A DNA stretch of 40,000 nt, taken from NCBI RefSeq assembly GCF_048627035.1, contig NZ_CP184478.1, one strand, 5' to 3'. The notes below the pieces were generated by a model. It saw only the letters and a program-made list of their open reading frames with translations, had not been told where the DNA came from and did no database searches. A program made the translations under genes and the position numbers. Numbering within the stretch: the first letter of the stretch is position 1; the number at the start of each line of letters is the position of its first letter. This document shows positions 1 through 9,091 of the stretch, one piece after another. Source of the DNA: Pseudomonas sp. ABY48 (GTDB lineage: Bacteria > Pseudomonadota > Gammaproteobacteria > Pseudomonadales > Pseudomonadaceae).

Positions 1-2
1 CT

Positions 3-254
3 GATGGCACGGTTGTGTACGCCGGGAGTGGTTTAAGGGGCTACGGCGAACTCGTGATCATCAAACACAGCGATACCTACGTCAGTGCTTACGGTCACAA
101 CCGCAGGCTGTTGGTTCGGGAGGGGCAGCAGGTCAAGGTCGGACAGACAATTGCCGAAATGGGATCAACGGGAACAGACCGGGTGAAACTGCATTTTGAG
201 ATTCGCCGGCAAGGTAAACCAGTCGATCCGCTGCAATTCCTGCCACGACGTTGA
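3..254 (+). CDS. nlpD: NlpD/LytM-family M23 peptidase lipoprotein, C-terminal part (5' end outside window)
   Basis: The frame is open from the window edge ([22 protein letters not shown]...). It carries the M23 C-terminal signature [22 protein letters not shown]. It lies directly upstream of rpoS, as in other gamma-proteobacteria. Confidence 0.9.
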   Translation, partial: DGTVVYAGSGLRGYGELVIIKHSDTYVSAYGHNRRLLVREGQQVKVGQTIAEMGSTGTDRVKLHFEIRRQGKPVDPLQFLPRR

Positions 255-266
255 TTTGATTGTCAG

Positions 267-293
267 CCTGTTCCGTCACGTAGAGGGAACAGG
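267..293 (+). other. Perfect 8-bp stem-loop in the nlpD-rpoS intergenic/leader region
   Basis: cctgttcc (267-274), an 11-nt loop, then ggaacagg (286-293). No T-tract follows, so it is not a classic intrinsic terminator. Its function is unknown. Confidence 0.3.
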
Positions 294-360
294 CTCCAGC
301 GTTGCCAAGGATAAAGGCGTCGCTTGAGCTTGAGGTCGAACTCACCAAAGGACTATAACA

Positions 361-1368
361 ATGGCTCTCAGTAAAGAAGTGCCGGAGTTTGACATCGACG
401 ATGAGGTTCTCCTTATGGAGACCGGCATCGCTACGGATTCGATGTCGAATGATGAAGGGGTGACTCCACCTTCCGTTCGTGCCAAATCCAGACACTCCGC
501 TTCGCTTAAACAACATAAGTACATCGATTACACCCGGGCGCTGGACGCCACTCAGCTGTACCTCAACGAAATCGGTTTCTCGCCACTGCTCTCCCCCGAG
601 GAAGAAGTTCATTTTGCGCGGCTGTCGCAAAGTGGCGACCCGGCCGGTCGAAAACGCATGATTGAAAGCAACCTGCGCCTGGTGGTGAAAATCGCCCGAC
701 GCTATGTCAATCGTGGGCTTTCGCTGCTGGACCTGATCGAAGAGGGCAACCTGGGCCTGATTCGCGCCGTCGAGAAATTCGACCCCGAACGAGGCTTCCG
801 TTTCTCGACCTACGCCACCTGGTGGATCCGCCAGACCATCGAACGGGCGATCATGAACCAGACCCGGACCATCCGGTTGCCGATTCATGTGGTCAAGGAA
901 CTGAACGTCTACCTGCGGGCCGCCCGTGAGTTGACCCAAAAACTCGACCATGAACCTTCACCCGAAGAAATCGCCAACCTGCTGGAAAAACCGGTGGGTG
1001 AGGTCAAGCGCATGCTTGGGCTCAACGAGCGGGTTTCCTCGGTGGACGTTTCCCTGGGGCCGGACTCGGATAAAACCTTGCTCGACACCCTCACCGATGA
1101 TCGTCCGACCGATCCGTGCGAGTTGCTCCAGGACGATGACTTGTCCCAGAGCATTGACCAGTGGCTTTCGGAGCTGACCGACAAGCAACGGGAAGTGGTG
1201 ATTCGCCGCTTCGGCTTGCGCGGCCATGAAAGCAGCACGCTTGAAGATGTAGGCTTGGAGATTGGTTTGACCCGTGAGCGGGTGAGGCAGATCCAGGTTG
1301 AAGGTCTCAAGCGTTTGCGAGAGATCCTGGAGAAGAACGGCTTGTCGAGCGAGTCGTTGTTTCAATAG
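361..1368 (+). CDS. rpoS: Stationary-phase/stress sigma factor RpoS (sigma-38)
   Basis: 335-aa ORF with sigma-70 family region 2 ([53 protein letters not shown]). It has a region 4 HTH ([29 protein letters not shown]). An AAGGA lies about 10 nt upstream of the ATG. nlpD-rpoS synteny supports the call. Confidence 0.97.
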   Translation: MALSKEVPEFDIDDEVLLMETGIATDSMSNDEGVTPPSVRAKSRHSASLKQHKYIDYTRALDATQLYLNEIGFSPLLSPEEEVHFARLSQSGDPAGRKRMIESNLRLVVKIARRYVNRGLSLLDLIEEGNLGLIRAVEKFDPERGFRFSTYATWWIRQTIERAIMNQTRTIRLPIHVVKELNVYLRAARELTQKLDHEPSPEEIANLLEKPVGEVKRMLGLNERVSSVDVSLGPDSDKTLLDTLTDDRPTDPCELLQDDDLSQSIDQWLSELTDKQREVVIRRFGLRGHESSTLEDVGLEIGLTRERVRQIQVEGLKRLREILEKNGLSSESLFQ

Positions 1369-1427
1369 CTTCAAGGCAAGTGCAGCAGAAAAGCCCTGGC
1401 TGGCTGTGATGCTGTTCACTTGGAAAA

Positions 1428-1466
1428 ACGGCGCTTCTTTCAGAAGTGGGAAGTGCCGTTTTTTTT
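1428..1466 (+). terminator. Rho-independent terminator of rpoS
   Basis: 10-bp stem acggcgcttc / gaagtgccgt (one G-U pair) with a 12-nt loop, followed by a run of 7 T. It starts about 60 nt after the rpoS stop. Confidence 0.85.
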
Positions 1467-1473
1467 GGCTTGG

Positions 1474-1628
1474 TTTTGGGTGTATATCCGGTTTTTGCGT
1501 AACGACGGCTTAGGGTTCCGCTCTTACAGCGGGTCACTTTTGGAAGAGCGCCAAAAGTAACCAAAAGCGCTTTGCCCCACCCCTCGGTGCCTCGTTTAGG
1601 CTCGGCATGCCCTCTCTCCGGCATTGCT
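1474..1628 (+). repeat. Pseudomonas intergenic repeat element (hairpin head plus about 120-nt body), truncated at its 3' side
   Basis: The head is ttttgggtgtatatccgg...gcgtaacgacggc. The body is ttagggttccgctcttacagcgggtcacttttggaagagcgccaaaagtaaccaaaagcgctttgcccc... The head recurs inverted at 27690-27723 and as a perfect palindrome at 32082-32127. From memory this resembles a repeat family common in fluorescent pseudomonads. The listed ORF 1307..1648(-) is read through this repeat and is probably not a gene. Confidence 0.55.
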
Positions 1629-1661
1629 GGGTCGAGTGTTCGAATCACTCCGTCCCGACCA
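1629..1661 (+). other. Orphan tRNA 3' fragment (variable loop, T-arm, 3' acceptor strand, CCA), tRNA-Pro-like; probable att-site relic
   Basis: gggtc GAGTG ttcgaat CACTC cgtcccg a CCA. This gives a 5-bp T-stem, a canonical 7-nt TTCGAAT T-loop, a 7-nt acceptor strand, discriminator A and an encoded CCA. The matching 5' acceptor strand (cgggacg) and the D/anticodon arms are absent upstream. A C1:G72 pair with an ...CCCGACCA end is typical of bacterial tRNA-Pro (from memory). Confidence 0.6.
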
Positions 1662-1678
1662 TATTATTCAATGACTTA

Positions 1679-1705
1679 GCCTAATCTGAAAAGATTGGGC
1701 TTTTT
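1679..1705 (+). terminator. Intrinsic-terminator-like hairpin just downstream of the tRNA fragment
   Basis: gcctaatc / gattgggc form an 8-bp stem (one G-U) with a 6-nt loop tgaaaa, followed by ttttt. The position fits the native terminator of the tRNA gene from which the fragment derives. Confidence 0.5.
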
Positions 1706-1774
1706 CATGTCTGAAAAATACTTCCACATTTACCCCCACAGATTTTTCCTAACTGTAGTGGCAGTCGATCCAAG

Positions 1775-2225
1775 GTAAGCGTTCCGGGAACACACCTTCC
1801 GAACTCCAGCATTAAGGACGATGGTGTCCGCGTATTTTAAGCGGACGCGATCACCCTTATCGCCAGGATTTCCATGCGCCAACGAAGCTCTCACCCCAGA
1901 CCGTTCAAAGCTCAGGTCGTCAAGGAGTGCCTTCAACCCGGGGCCACCGTTTCCGGCGTTGCTATCGCTCACGGCATCGACGCCAACGTCATTCGCAAAT
2001 GGCTGCCGCTTTACCGGGATAAGCCAGCCGCTGCGCTGCCTGCGTTTGTCCCTTTGTAGGCTTCGCCCAAGCGACTGTCAGAGGCAATGACGATCATTGA
2101 GATACCCGTTGGCGAACGATCCATCACGGTGAAATGGCCTGCGTCCGACCCTAAAGGATGCGCCCAATTCGTCCGTGAGCATGCCCAGTGATCCGCATCG
2201 ATGCTATCTGGCTCGCCACCGTGCG
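1775..2225 (+). mobile_element. Truncated IS66-family insertion sequence (left end, disrupted tnpA, first ~12 codons of tnpB)
   Basis: It starts with GTAAGCG..., the typical IS66-family terminal inverted-repeat start, about 100 nt before a tnpA-like ORF. A tnpB-like start GTG ATC CGC ATC GAT GCT ATC TGG CTC GCC ACC = (M)IRIDAIWLAT begins at 2188, and similarity is lost after about 2221. No tnpC and no right end are present. Confidence 0.7.
1874..2191 (+). pseudogene. IS66-family accessory protein TnpA (orf1), interrupted by a stop/frame change
   Basis: The N-terminal HTH part is RPFKAQVVKECLQPGATVSGVAIAHGIDANVIRKW (1874..2059, stop at 2057-2059). The C-terminal part MTIIEIPVGERSITVKWPASD... 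is in another frame (2087..2191). Confidence 0.65.
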
Positions 2226-2542
2226 CGTCCGCAGCAGTGGCGAGGGTATTAATCGATAAAAAAATCAGTATCAAGGCACTTTGCCTTTACCCGCAGTGAG
2301 AGTCTGGATAATGTGACAGCGTTCGCGTCATGCAGGCGGTAGCGATCCAGGGGAGGGTTCTTATCGGGCGTTGCTTGGCAGTAAATGGGTCAACCGTAAT
2401 GATTGTTATTTCGGGTCGGAACGTTTTGGCGAGACTGTGGCTAGTGGGTCCAGTTCAGAATGGCATTTTCATGTGACAAAACTGTCTGGTTCTGGAATTT
2501 GTATGCGTCTGTGATCAGTTCGGTATGGAGTTGTAGGAGGGG

Positions 2543-5500
2543 ATGGTGCTGTTTAAGGGAATGCTAGTCGAATTACCCCGTGGGCTGGGTGTAGGGAAAT
2601 TGGAGTTAGTCAGCGATGGTCGCTGTTCGATTTCCGCCTTCCATTCGATATTGCGCACAGAAACTTTTGATCTTGCATTGAGCGTACTTCGTCGCGCTTT
2701 TTTGAGTCCGCAAACACGCGTCTATGTGAAGCAAGACGACAAATTCGAAGTTGGGCGTATCACCAGTTATCTGAAGCAAGACAACGGCTTGATCGATTAT
2801 GAAGTTCGCTTTCCTAACGGCCGGCAAGAAGATTTTAGCGAGTTGGATCTTTATGTGCGTCTTTGGAATGCGCCGGAGGATCCAGCCGAGATTCTCGCGG
2901 CGGGGGGAGGCGAAAGCCAATTTCTGCATGATCATCGGCAGTCGGCTTTGCTACCCCTGCTTAAGTTACGTAGCGCTGCACAAGGCCTAACTGCTCTACT
3001 CTCTGCTGGAATCGACTTCGTTCCACACCAGATTGCCGCAGTCCGCCGCGTCCTTACGGATCCTATTCAGCGCTATTTACTTGCGGATGAGGTCGGCCTG
3101 GGGAAAACGATAGAGGCTGGCCTAATCATTCGGCAACACCTCATCGACAATCCTAATGTTGGGGTACTGATCGCAACCCCAACGCACTTGTGTGAACAAT
3201 GGCGATCTGAACTAGTTAACAAGCTCAAGCTAGACCAATTCGATGCAGCATTTGAATGTTGCTCTCATGCTGATTTGGCGCGTGTTTCACGCATGCCTGA
3301 CATATTAGTTGTTGACGAGGCACATCATCTAGTCGGTATTGAGTCAGGGCCACTTGCAAAAGCTGCAAGCCGTCTTGTCGAAATTGCACATAAAACCCCG
3401 ATTTTACTATTGCTTTCTGCAACTCCCGCTCTTAGTCATGAGGGGAAATTCCTCGCACTTCTCAATTTGCTTGATCCGCTTTCCCATCCTTTGAGCGATC
3501 TAGATGGGTTTAGAGAAAAGCTTCAGCAGCGCCGCGAATTTGGAAGATTACTGCTTAGTTTGGATCCTAAAAGTCCCGGCCTCGTTATCCGTAAGCGCAG
3601 CGCCGAGATACAAAAGCTCTTTCCAAACGACCGCATAGTCACGGAACTTGCTCCTCGACTAATAGAGGCGAGTCAGCATGGAACAATTGATCTTGAGCCC
3701 GTCTGCAACGCGCTGAAGGAGCATATTGCTGACAGTTATCGCATCCACCAACGGCTGATCCGCTCCCGTCGAGCCGATGCCAAGGGCTGGGAGTTCATGC
3801 CGCGAGGTCCGGCAGTTAATGGTGTGCCGATTCTTAGCCATGTTCGAATAGAAGTCGACCCCGACGACAATCTAGCCGCTATTGCCTCCGGTCTTGAAGA
3901 CTGGCGTTTTTCGGCGATTGAGGCCGCACACGGCAATGCAGCCTTATACCGGCAGTATGCGACTCGGTATGCACGACTACTCGAGTCTTTTAGCGTGAGC
4001 AATACAGCGTTTTTCACCGAGACCAATCCGGCCGACGCACTTTTCAATGATGAAGAGGAAATACTCGAGTCATTGCGTGCACTGATCACTGACAATGATG
4101 AAAGTCGCCGGATCGCCCTTATGGTGGAAAGTACGAAGCGTTTGCTTAAAACACTTTTAGCGGACACTAGAAATCCTAAGGTAGTAGTCTTTGCGCCATC
4201 GGCCGATGTAGCTACCTCATTTCATGAGGCGTTTCACGACGGGTGTGAAGGAGTTGTCACCTTCTTGTTTGTCGAAGACGGGGAGAATGATGAGACCCAG
4301 ACTGCAAGTGCGTTCGTGAATCTTGACGCCACCGCTGTCCTAGTGACGGATCGTTGCGGTGAGGAAGGGCTCAATCTCAACTGCGCCGATGCGATAGTTC
4401 ATTTGGATTTGCCGCTTTCGGCGGCAAGACTTGAACAGCGGATTGGGAGGCTAGATCGCTTTGGCAGGAGGCAGTCAGTCATTCGTCACCGCATCCTATT
4501 ACCTTACGACGATGACGCGAGCCCTTGGTTGGCGTGGTTCTCTTTCCTTGCAAATGGCTTCTTGATCTTCAATCGTTCAATTAGCGACGTTCAGTTCCTC
4601 CTCGACGATATTGAAAGTCAGGGGCTTATCACTCTGTTTGAGAAGGGGCCTGACGCGCTTGTGGCCTTGAGCGAGGAGATCCGACAACGAATTGCTGAGG
4701 AGCGACGTTCGCAGGATGAGCAGTATGCGTTAGACCGAATTGCGCTGGCCGAGGAGCCTGTCGAAGAATTTATTCAGACGTTGGAAGATGCGGAGGAAGA
4801 CGAACAAGCTCTTGAGCACGGCGTTAATCAATGGCTTATCGGCGGACTTCAACTTAAAAAGCGACCATATGCTTGGCCGGAAGAAGATCCGTTCAAACTC
4901 GTTGCCGACCACAACACACTCATCCCGCGTTTGCCATGGTTGAGCGCGTTTGGCATCGAGGATTTGAAGCCTCTCACATGGCGCCGCCGGGTAGCGACAA
5001 AACGCCCCGAAACGACACTGTTAAGGCCCGGAACTCCCCTTATTGATGTAACTGAACGCTTTATGCGTTGGGATGACCGAGGAACTGCATTTGTAACATG
5101 GCGCAAGGCTCATGAATGGATCGGAGATCCGTGGGTCGGTTTTCGCCTCTGTTTTGTCGTCGAACCGAATATCGAAATGACGGATATGCTGACACCAACG
5201 TCAAGAGAGCTTGCATTGGCGCGCCGCGCACAGCGCTATTTCGCACCATACTCGGAGATTATCCATGTTGATGTGAATGGAGATATCGTCGAAGATCCGA
5301 AATTACTCTCGATTTTGCATAGGCCCTATAGGAAAGGGGCAGATGCTACTGACATAAACCTTGGAAGTCGGCCGCATCTACTAGAGCAAATCATCGACGC
5401 CGCATCTTTTCAGCGTTGTTGTCGTCTAGTTCGCGACTCCGCACGCGCCATGCTTCGTACTCGGCCGGAGTTCACTGACCGGACCTTTGCAGCTGGTAAG

Positions 5501-5692
5501 GCTGTGCAGGCAGATCTTGATCGCCACCGTAATCGCGAGTTTCGCGATGAACTCGGCGAAAACTCTTTTACTAAGGCAGATGCCGCGATTATCGAAGAGA
5601 TTTTGCCCGGCGTAATCAACCCAACAATTCGCCTTGATGCTATGGGGTGTTTTGTCATCGCGGGTTTTAGCCCAAGTGTTGAACATGAGTAA
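2543..5692 (+). CDS. dpdE: SNF2-family (RapA/HepA-like) SF2 helicase, DpdE
   Basis: 1049 aa, with an AGGAGG just upstream of the ATG. Motifs: LLADEVGLGKTIEAG (I), VVDEAHHL (II), LLLSATP (III), EEGLNLNCADAIVHLDLP...LEQRIGRLDRFGR (V-VI). It is the first gene of a block whose order and sizes match dpdE-K, next to dpdABC/queCE. Confidence 0.8.
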   Translation: MVLFKGMLVELPRGLGVGKLELVSDGRCSISAFHSILRTETFDLALSVLRRAFLSPQTRVYVKQDDKFEVGRITSYLKQDNGLIDYEVRFPNGRQEDFSELDLYVRLWNAPEDPAEILAAGGGESQFLHDHRQSALLPLLKLRSAAQGLTALLSAGIDFVPHQIAAVRRVLTDPIQRYLLADEVGLGKTIEAGLIIRQHLIDNPNVGVLIATPTHLCEQWRSELVNKLKLDQFDAAFECCSHADLARVSRMPDILVVDEAHHLVGIESGPLAKAASRLVEIAHKTPILLLLSATPALSHEGKFLALLNLLDPLSHPLSDLDGFREKLQQRREFGRLLLSLDPKSPGLVIRKRSAEIQKLFPNDRIVTELAPRLIEASQHGTIDLEPVCNALKEHIADSYRIHQRLIRSRRADAKGWEFMPRGPAVNGVPILSHVRIEVDPDDNLAAIASGLEDWRFSAIEAAHGNAALYRQYATRYARLLESFSVSNTAFFTETNPADALFNDEEEILESLRALITDNDESRRIALMVESTKRLLKTLLADTRNPKVVVFAPSADVATSFHEAFHDGCEGVVTFLFVEDGENDETQTASAFVNLDATAVLVTDRCGEEGLNLNCADAIVHLDLPLSAARLEQRIGRLDRFGRRQSVIRHRILLPYDDDASPWLAWFSFLANGFLIFNRSISDVQFLLDDIESQGLITLFEKGPDALVALSEEIRQRIAEERRSQDEQYALDRIALAEEPVEEFIQTLEDAEEDEQALEHGVNQWLIGGLQLKKRPYAWPEEDPFKLVADHNTLIPRLPWLSAFGIEDLKPLTWRRRVATKRPETTLLRPGTPLIDVTERFMRWDDRGTAFVTWRKAHEWIGDPWVGFRLCFVVEPNIEMTDMLTPTSRELALARRAQRYFAPYSEIIHVDVNGDIVEDPKLLSILHRPYRKGADATDINLGSRPHLLEQIIDAASFQRCCRLVRDSARAMLRTRPEFTDRTFAAGKAVQADLDRHRNREFRDELGENSFTKADAAIIEEILPGVINPTIRLDAMGCFVIAGFSPSVEHE

Positions 5693-8180
5693 GCTGGAGG
5701 GCGGTACCGCGTTCAGCGCGCTGGCAACTCTTCTTCTGGGCGACCACTCTGGTGAGTGGCAAGCCCTTTCTACATCAATCGAGAGGCTGCGGTTAGCGCT
5801 TACCGAAGAGCCTCAGCGTGCTAGTAGCCTCGACCTTGCTGTGCTGCTACGACAAGCTCTTTGTTTCGAGCATGCTCGACGTGGCTATGAAGCTTCTCCA
5901 GTTTTGCTAATCCGACATGCTCGGTTTTCGGACTTTATGGGATGGACTCTGGTAGGCCTGAACGCAACCATCTCGCCGGATGGATATAAAGTGTCAGCGC
6001 TTGCCTGGCAACCGGAATGGCTCAATAAAGCTGATATACAAGGTGTTGATGCACGTGCATCGTCTGAAACAATCTGCCGTGACTTCACCACTAATAGTAT
6101 CGAAGGAGATCCGTTTCTGAAGTCGGTAGGTCGCACTTACTATCGCAGCGTTGGGCAAAGGAGTGCGGTTCGTGCTGCCCTTTCCACACCATCCGGCGGC
6201 ACGTTAGTCATCGCTCTGCCAACAGGGGAAGGTAAAAGTTTGATCTTCCAGTTAGCGCAAAGCATTGGCTTTACTGAGGGAGAGAGAAGAGACGGGCGTA
6301 GGGTCACTCTAGTGATTGTTCCAACTGTTGCTTTGGGTATCAATCATGAACTTGAGGCGGCTAATGTTTGCGGGCTGCCAAAGCCGCTCGCGTTTCAAGG
6401 TGGCAATGACGTTCAAAATGCTCGCATAGCCGAAAGGATCGCGGATGGAACGCAAGGCTTGTGTTTTGTTTCGCCTGAGGCGGCTTGTGGGGTGCTTCGA
6501 GGCGCGCTTCGCCGCGCGGCCGAGGCAGGTTATCTTCATGCTCTCGTGATTGACGAGGCCCATTTGGTCGATCAATGGGGGACTGGTTTTCGAACGGAGT
6601 TTCAGGAACTAAGTGGTCTTCGTCGCGAACTTATTGCGGCTGCCCGTCCTGAGCAACGTATGCGGACGTTGCTGCTTTCGGCAACGCTGACTGATAACTC
6701 GCTAGAAACGCTTCGGTCCCTGTTTGGAGTCGATGGGGCTTTTGAGAGCATCGCTGCGGTCCAGTTGCGGCCCGAACCCGATTATTGGGTTGCGCCAGTT
6801 GCTGTCGATGAAGTCCGCATAGAGCGTGTCATGGAGGCACTTAATCATGCGCCGCGGCCTGCCGTCCTCTACGTGACCAAAGTGCGCGACGCTGAGGTTT
6901 GGTTCAGTCGGTTGTGGGCTGCTGGGTTCAGGCGGATAGCTAAAATGCATGGCAACACTGAAAGAGATGAACGCGAACTGGTTGTTAACCAGTGGCGCAA
7001 TGGCCTGCTCGATATAGTCGTTGGAACCTCAGCTTTTGGCCTCGGAATCGACTATCCCCATGCCCGTAGCGTTTTGCATGCTTGCATCCCGGAGACCCTG
7101 GATCGCTTCTATCAAGAAGTTGGGAGGGGAGGACGTGATGGGCGCGCGTCACTCTCTCTAATTGTTCCATCTCGGCGGGACCTCGCTATTGCCAAGGCGA
7201 TCAACAAAATATCAGTCATTAGTATTCGCCGCGGCATTGAGCGCTGGAGAACGATGTTCGATCGTAAAGTCAAATTGTCTAATGGAAATTTTGCTGTGCG
7301 GATCGATGATCGGCCCGGTGCGGGAGAAGTGGATATCGATATGTTCGGTGTAACCAACACCGATTGGAACCTTCGAACGCTTGCACTGATGGCCCGTGGA
7401 GAGTTAGTCAAGCTACTGGGAACACCGTACCCGAGGCTTGAACGTGTCGGAGATTGGGTTGAGCTTGACATACTAGAGGAGGGCCATCTCGATAAGAATA
7501 TTTGGACGGTTCGAGTGGAGCCTGTCCGTCTAGAAGGATGGATGGCAAACAATCGTAATCTAGCGCTGATGCGACGCTTCGTAGAAAATATGCATTGCCC
7601 CGCGGAGATTTTCGAAGACCTGTATGGATTTGCGCGCATAGGCCGCGTATGTAGTCGCTGCAATATTTGTCGAGACGATCCCGAGCGTCGTCGTTCTTCG
7701 ATAAAAGTTGGAGAGCCACGTTCGCCTTGGATAAAGCCTATACATGCCTCTTTAACTCGGTTGTTAGGCTCAGACGGAAGGCTGCTTGTGACCTACGATC
7801 CTGACCATCTTTCAAAAAGCGAATCTCGCCGCCTAGGCGAAAGTTATCGTCGGCTACAACAAATCGGTGTCGCCAAGCTATTGATACTTGGCCAGCAGCC
7901 CTTTGATATGGATCGTGTACTTAGTTTTGCGAACACAGTTCCATTTTTTGTAAGTAACGTTAAATCGTTGGCTTTATCACGGCTCCCTAAGGGGGCCGAG
8001 ATAGTTATGGTTGCGCCCGAAGAAGAGCTCGAGTCTCTTAATTTACACCCACGAGTAGGCTCTCCAAGAATTTTTATTACGTCCAAATATCTTACTGCAC
8101 CAGACGGACGCCGGCTTGTTGACGTTTTTGGTGGCAGAGTACTAACGCTTGACGAGTTCCACGCGAGGGTTGCCGAATGA
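5685..8180 (+). CDS. dpdF: RecQ-like DEAH helicase, DpdF
   Basis: The start is placed at ATG 5685 (MSKLEGG, 8-nt overlap with the dpdE stop). The upstream ATG 5634 lies inside dpdE. Motifs: PTGEGKSLIFQL, VIDEAHLVDQWGTGFR, LLLSATLT, GTSAFGLGIDYPHARSVLH...YQEVGRGGRDG. It also has a RecQ-type zinc motif, C-x17-CSRCNIC. Confidence 0.8.
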   Translation: MSKLEGGTAFSALATLLLGDHSGEWQALSTSIERLRLALTEEPQRASSLDLAVLLRQALCFEHARRGYEASPVLLIRHARFSDFMGWTLVGLNATISPDGYKVSALAWQPEWLNKADIQGVDARASSETICRDFTTNSIEGDPFLKSVGRTYYRSVGQRSAVRAALSTPSGGTLVIALPTGEGKSLIFQLAQSIGFTEGERRDGRRVTLVIVPTVALGINHELEAANVCGLPKPLAFQGGNDVQNARIAERIADGTQGLCFVSPEAACGVLRGALRRAAEAGYLHALVIDEAHLVDQWGTGFRTEFQELSGLRRELIAAARPEQRMRTLLLSATLTDNSLETLRSLFGVDGAFESIAAVQLRPEPDYWVAPVAVDEVRIERVMEALNHAPRPAVLYVTKVRDAEVWFSRLWAAGFRRIAKMHGNTERDERELVVNQWRNGLLDIVVGTSAFGLGIDYPHARSVLHACIPETLDRFYQEVGRGGRDGRASLSLIVPSRRDLAIAKAINKISVISIRRGIERWRTMFDRKVKLSNGNFAVRIDDRPGAGEVDIDMFGVTNTDWNLRTLALMARGELVKLLGTPYPRLERVGDWVELDILEEGHLDKNIWTVRVEPVRLEGWMANNRNLALMRRFVENMHCPAEIFEDLYGFARIGRVCSRCNICRDDPERRRSSIKVGEPRSPWIKPIHASLTRLLGSDGRLLVTYDPDHLSKSESRRLGESYRRLQQIGVAKLLILGQQPFDMDRVLSFANTVPFFVSNVKSLALSRLPKGAEIVMVAPEEELESLNLHPRVGSPRIFITSKYLTAPDGRRLVDVFGGRVLTLDEFHARVAE

Positions 8181-9091
8181 GTATTATCACTATTGCGCAG
8201 GCAGTGCCAAGTCGCTTGTTCTCTATATATGCTGCCTTGTACGAGAGTTCCGCAGGCGAATTAAAGGATCGATTAGAAGCCTGTGCGACCCCACCGAGTC
8301 TACGAACTAGGGGCGGGGATGAAGATGGTGAACTTGTTACGACATTGTTCAAAAACACCTTAACTGAGGCCCGTCGACTAGGCTTGGTAGAAGAAGTCGA
8401 AGAGCGGCTAAGGATCCCTAATGATTTGCGTTCTTCTGTGCAAGGAGTGGTGGGTAGAGAGACTAAGTTCCGTGATCACTTGCTCAAGGTCCTGTTTAAC
8501 ACAGTGCTTGCCGAAGATGCACAGCAAAGTGGTTTCATGTTGGCATTATCATGGTTCCTTACAAACAGTCCATTGATTCCTCTCGGCTTTTCAACTCCAC
8601 CACAGAACCAGTTGGAAAAACAACTTGGAATGCAATATAGTCGGACGGAGTTAACTAGCCTTAGCCGTTACCAAAATTTTCTATATTGGGCTCGTTTCCT
8701 TGGATTCGCCACGATTGTTGGTCGTGACAACGAGGATGGCAAAGATACGCGGTGGGTCTTTCCTGATCCCCTCGTTGCCATCGATTCTGCACTGCTTAAA
8801 GTGTTCTCCGATGATAGTGAACTTTCTGTCGAAGTTTTTATGGTGCGCCTTTGCAATATCTATCCAGTTTTTGAAGGAGGTACTGCGCGCCAAGAAATCG
8901 ACTCTATGTTGGGAGTATCTCCTTATGTAGATGATCGCAAACTTTCTCAGTCGACAAGTGTTGCTTTGCAGCGCCTTCAGGATCGTCAACGTTTAAATCT
9001 GGTAAGTCGATCTGACGCGCCAATGGTGATCTTCGATCTTGGTACCAGCGAACGTCGTGTAAGCCATGTGATTATGAGGGGGCAAGCATGA
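8177..9091 (+). CDS. dpdG: Hypothetical protein in the DpdG position
   Basis: 304 aa, with ATGA start/stop overlaps with both neighbours. I recognise no motif. The assignment rests only on position and size between the RecQ-like and P-loop genes. Confidence 0.55.
   Translation: MSIITIAQAVPSRLFSIYAALYESSAGELKDRLEACATPPSLRTRGGDEDGELVTTLFKNTLTEARRLGLVEEVEERLRIPNDLRSSVQGVVGRETKFRDHLLKVLFNTVLAEDAQQSGFMLALSWFLTNSPLIPLGFSTPPQNQLEKQLGMQYSRTELTSLSRYQNFLYWARFLGFATIVGRDNEDGKDTRWVFPDPLVAIDSALLKVFSDDSELSVEVFMVRLCNIYPVFEGGTARQEIDSMLGVSPYVDDRKLSQSTSVALQRLQDRQRLNLVSRSDAPMVIFDLGTSERRVSHVIMRGQA

Noticed and set aside
133-951. 272-aa minus-strand ORF overlapping nlpD/rpoS
   Set aside because: It is antisense to the unmistakable rpoS coding sequence and has no motif or SD.
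1307-1648. 113-aa minus-strand ORF downstream of rpoS
   Set aside because: It reads through the rpoS terminator and the intergenic repeat element. Such repeat-encoded frames are recurrent annotation artefacts.
1811-1827. attaAGGACGATGGtg, a GGA-containing stretch that at first looked like part of an RsmZ-type sRNA expected downstream of rpoS
   Set aside because: It lies inside the IS66-family left end, between the GTAAGCG terminus and tnpA. There is no GacA-box palindrome, no series of GGA hairpins and no terminator.
5634-5684. Upstream in-frame ATGs offered by the ORF track (dpdF 5634, dpdI 12122, last operon gene 17953, dpdB 25226, syrC 29031, syrB2 30033, syrB1 31898, syrP 32231)
   Set aside because: In each case a downstream ATG either forms an ATGA/short overlap with the preceding stop or has a clear AGGAG-type SD. 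The extra N-terminal residues lie inside the upstream gene or lack homologous counterparts. The shorter starts were used.
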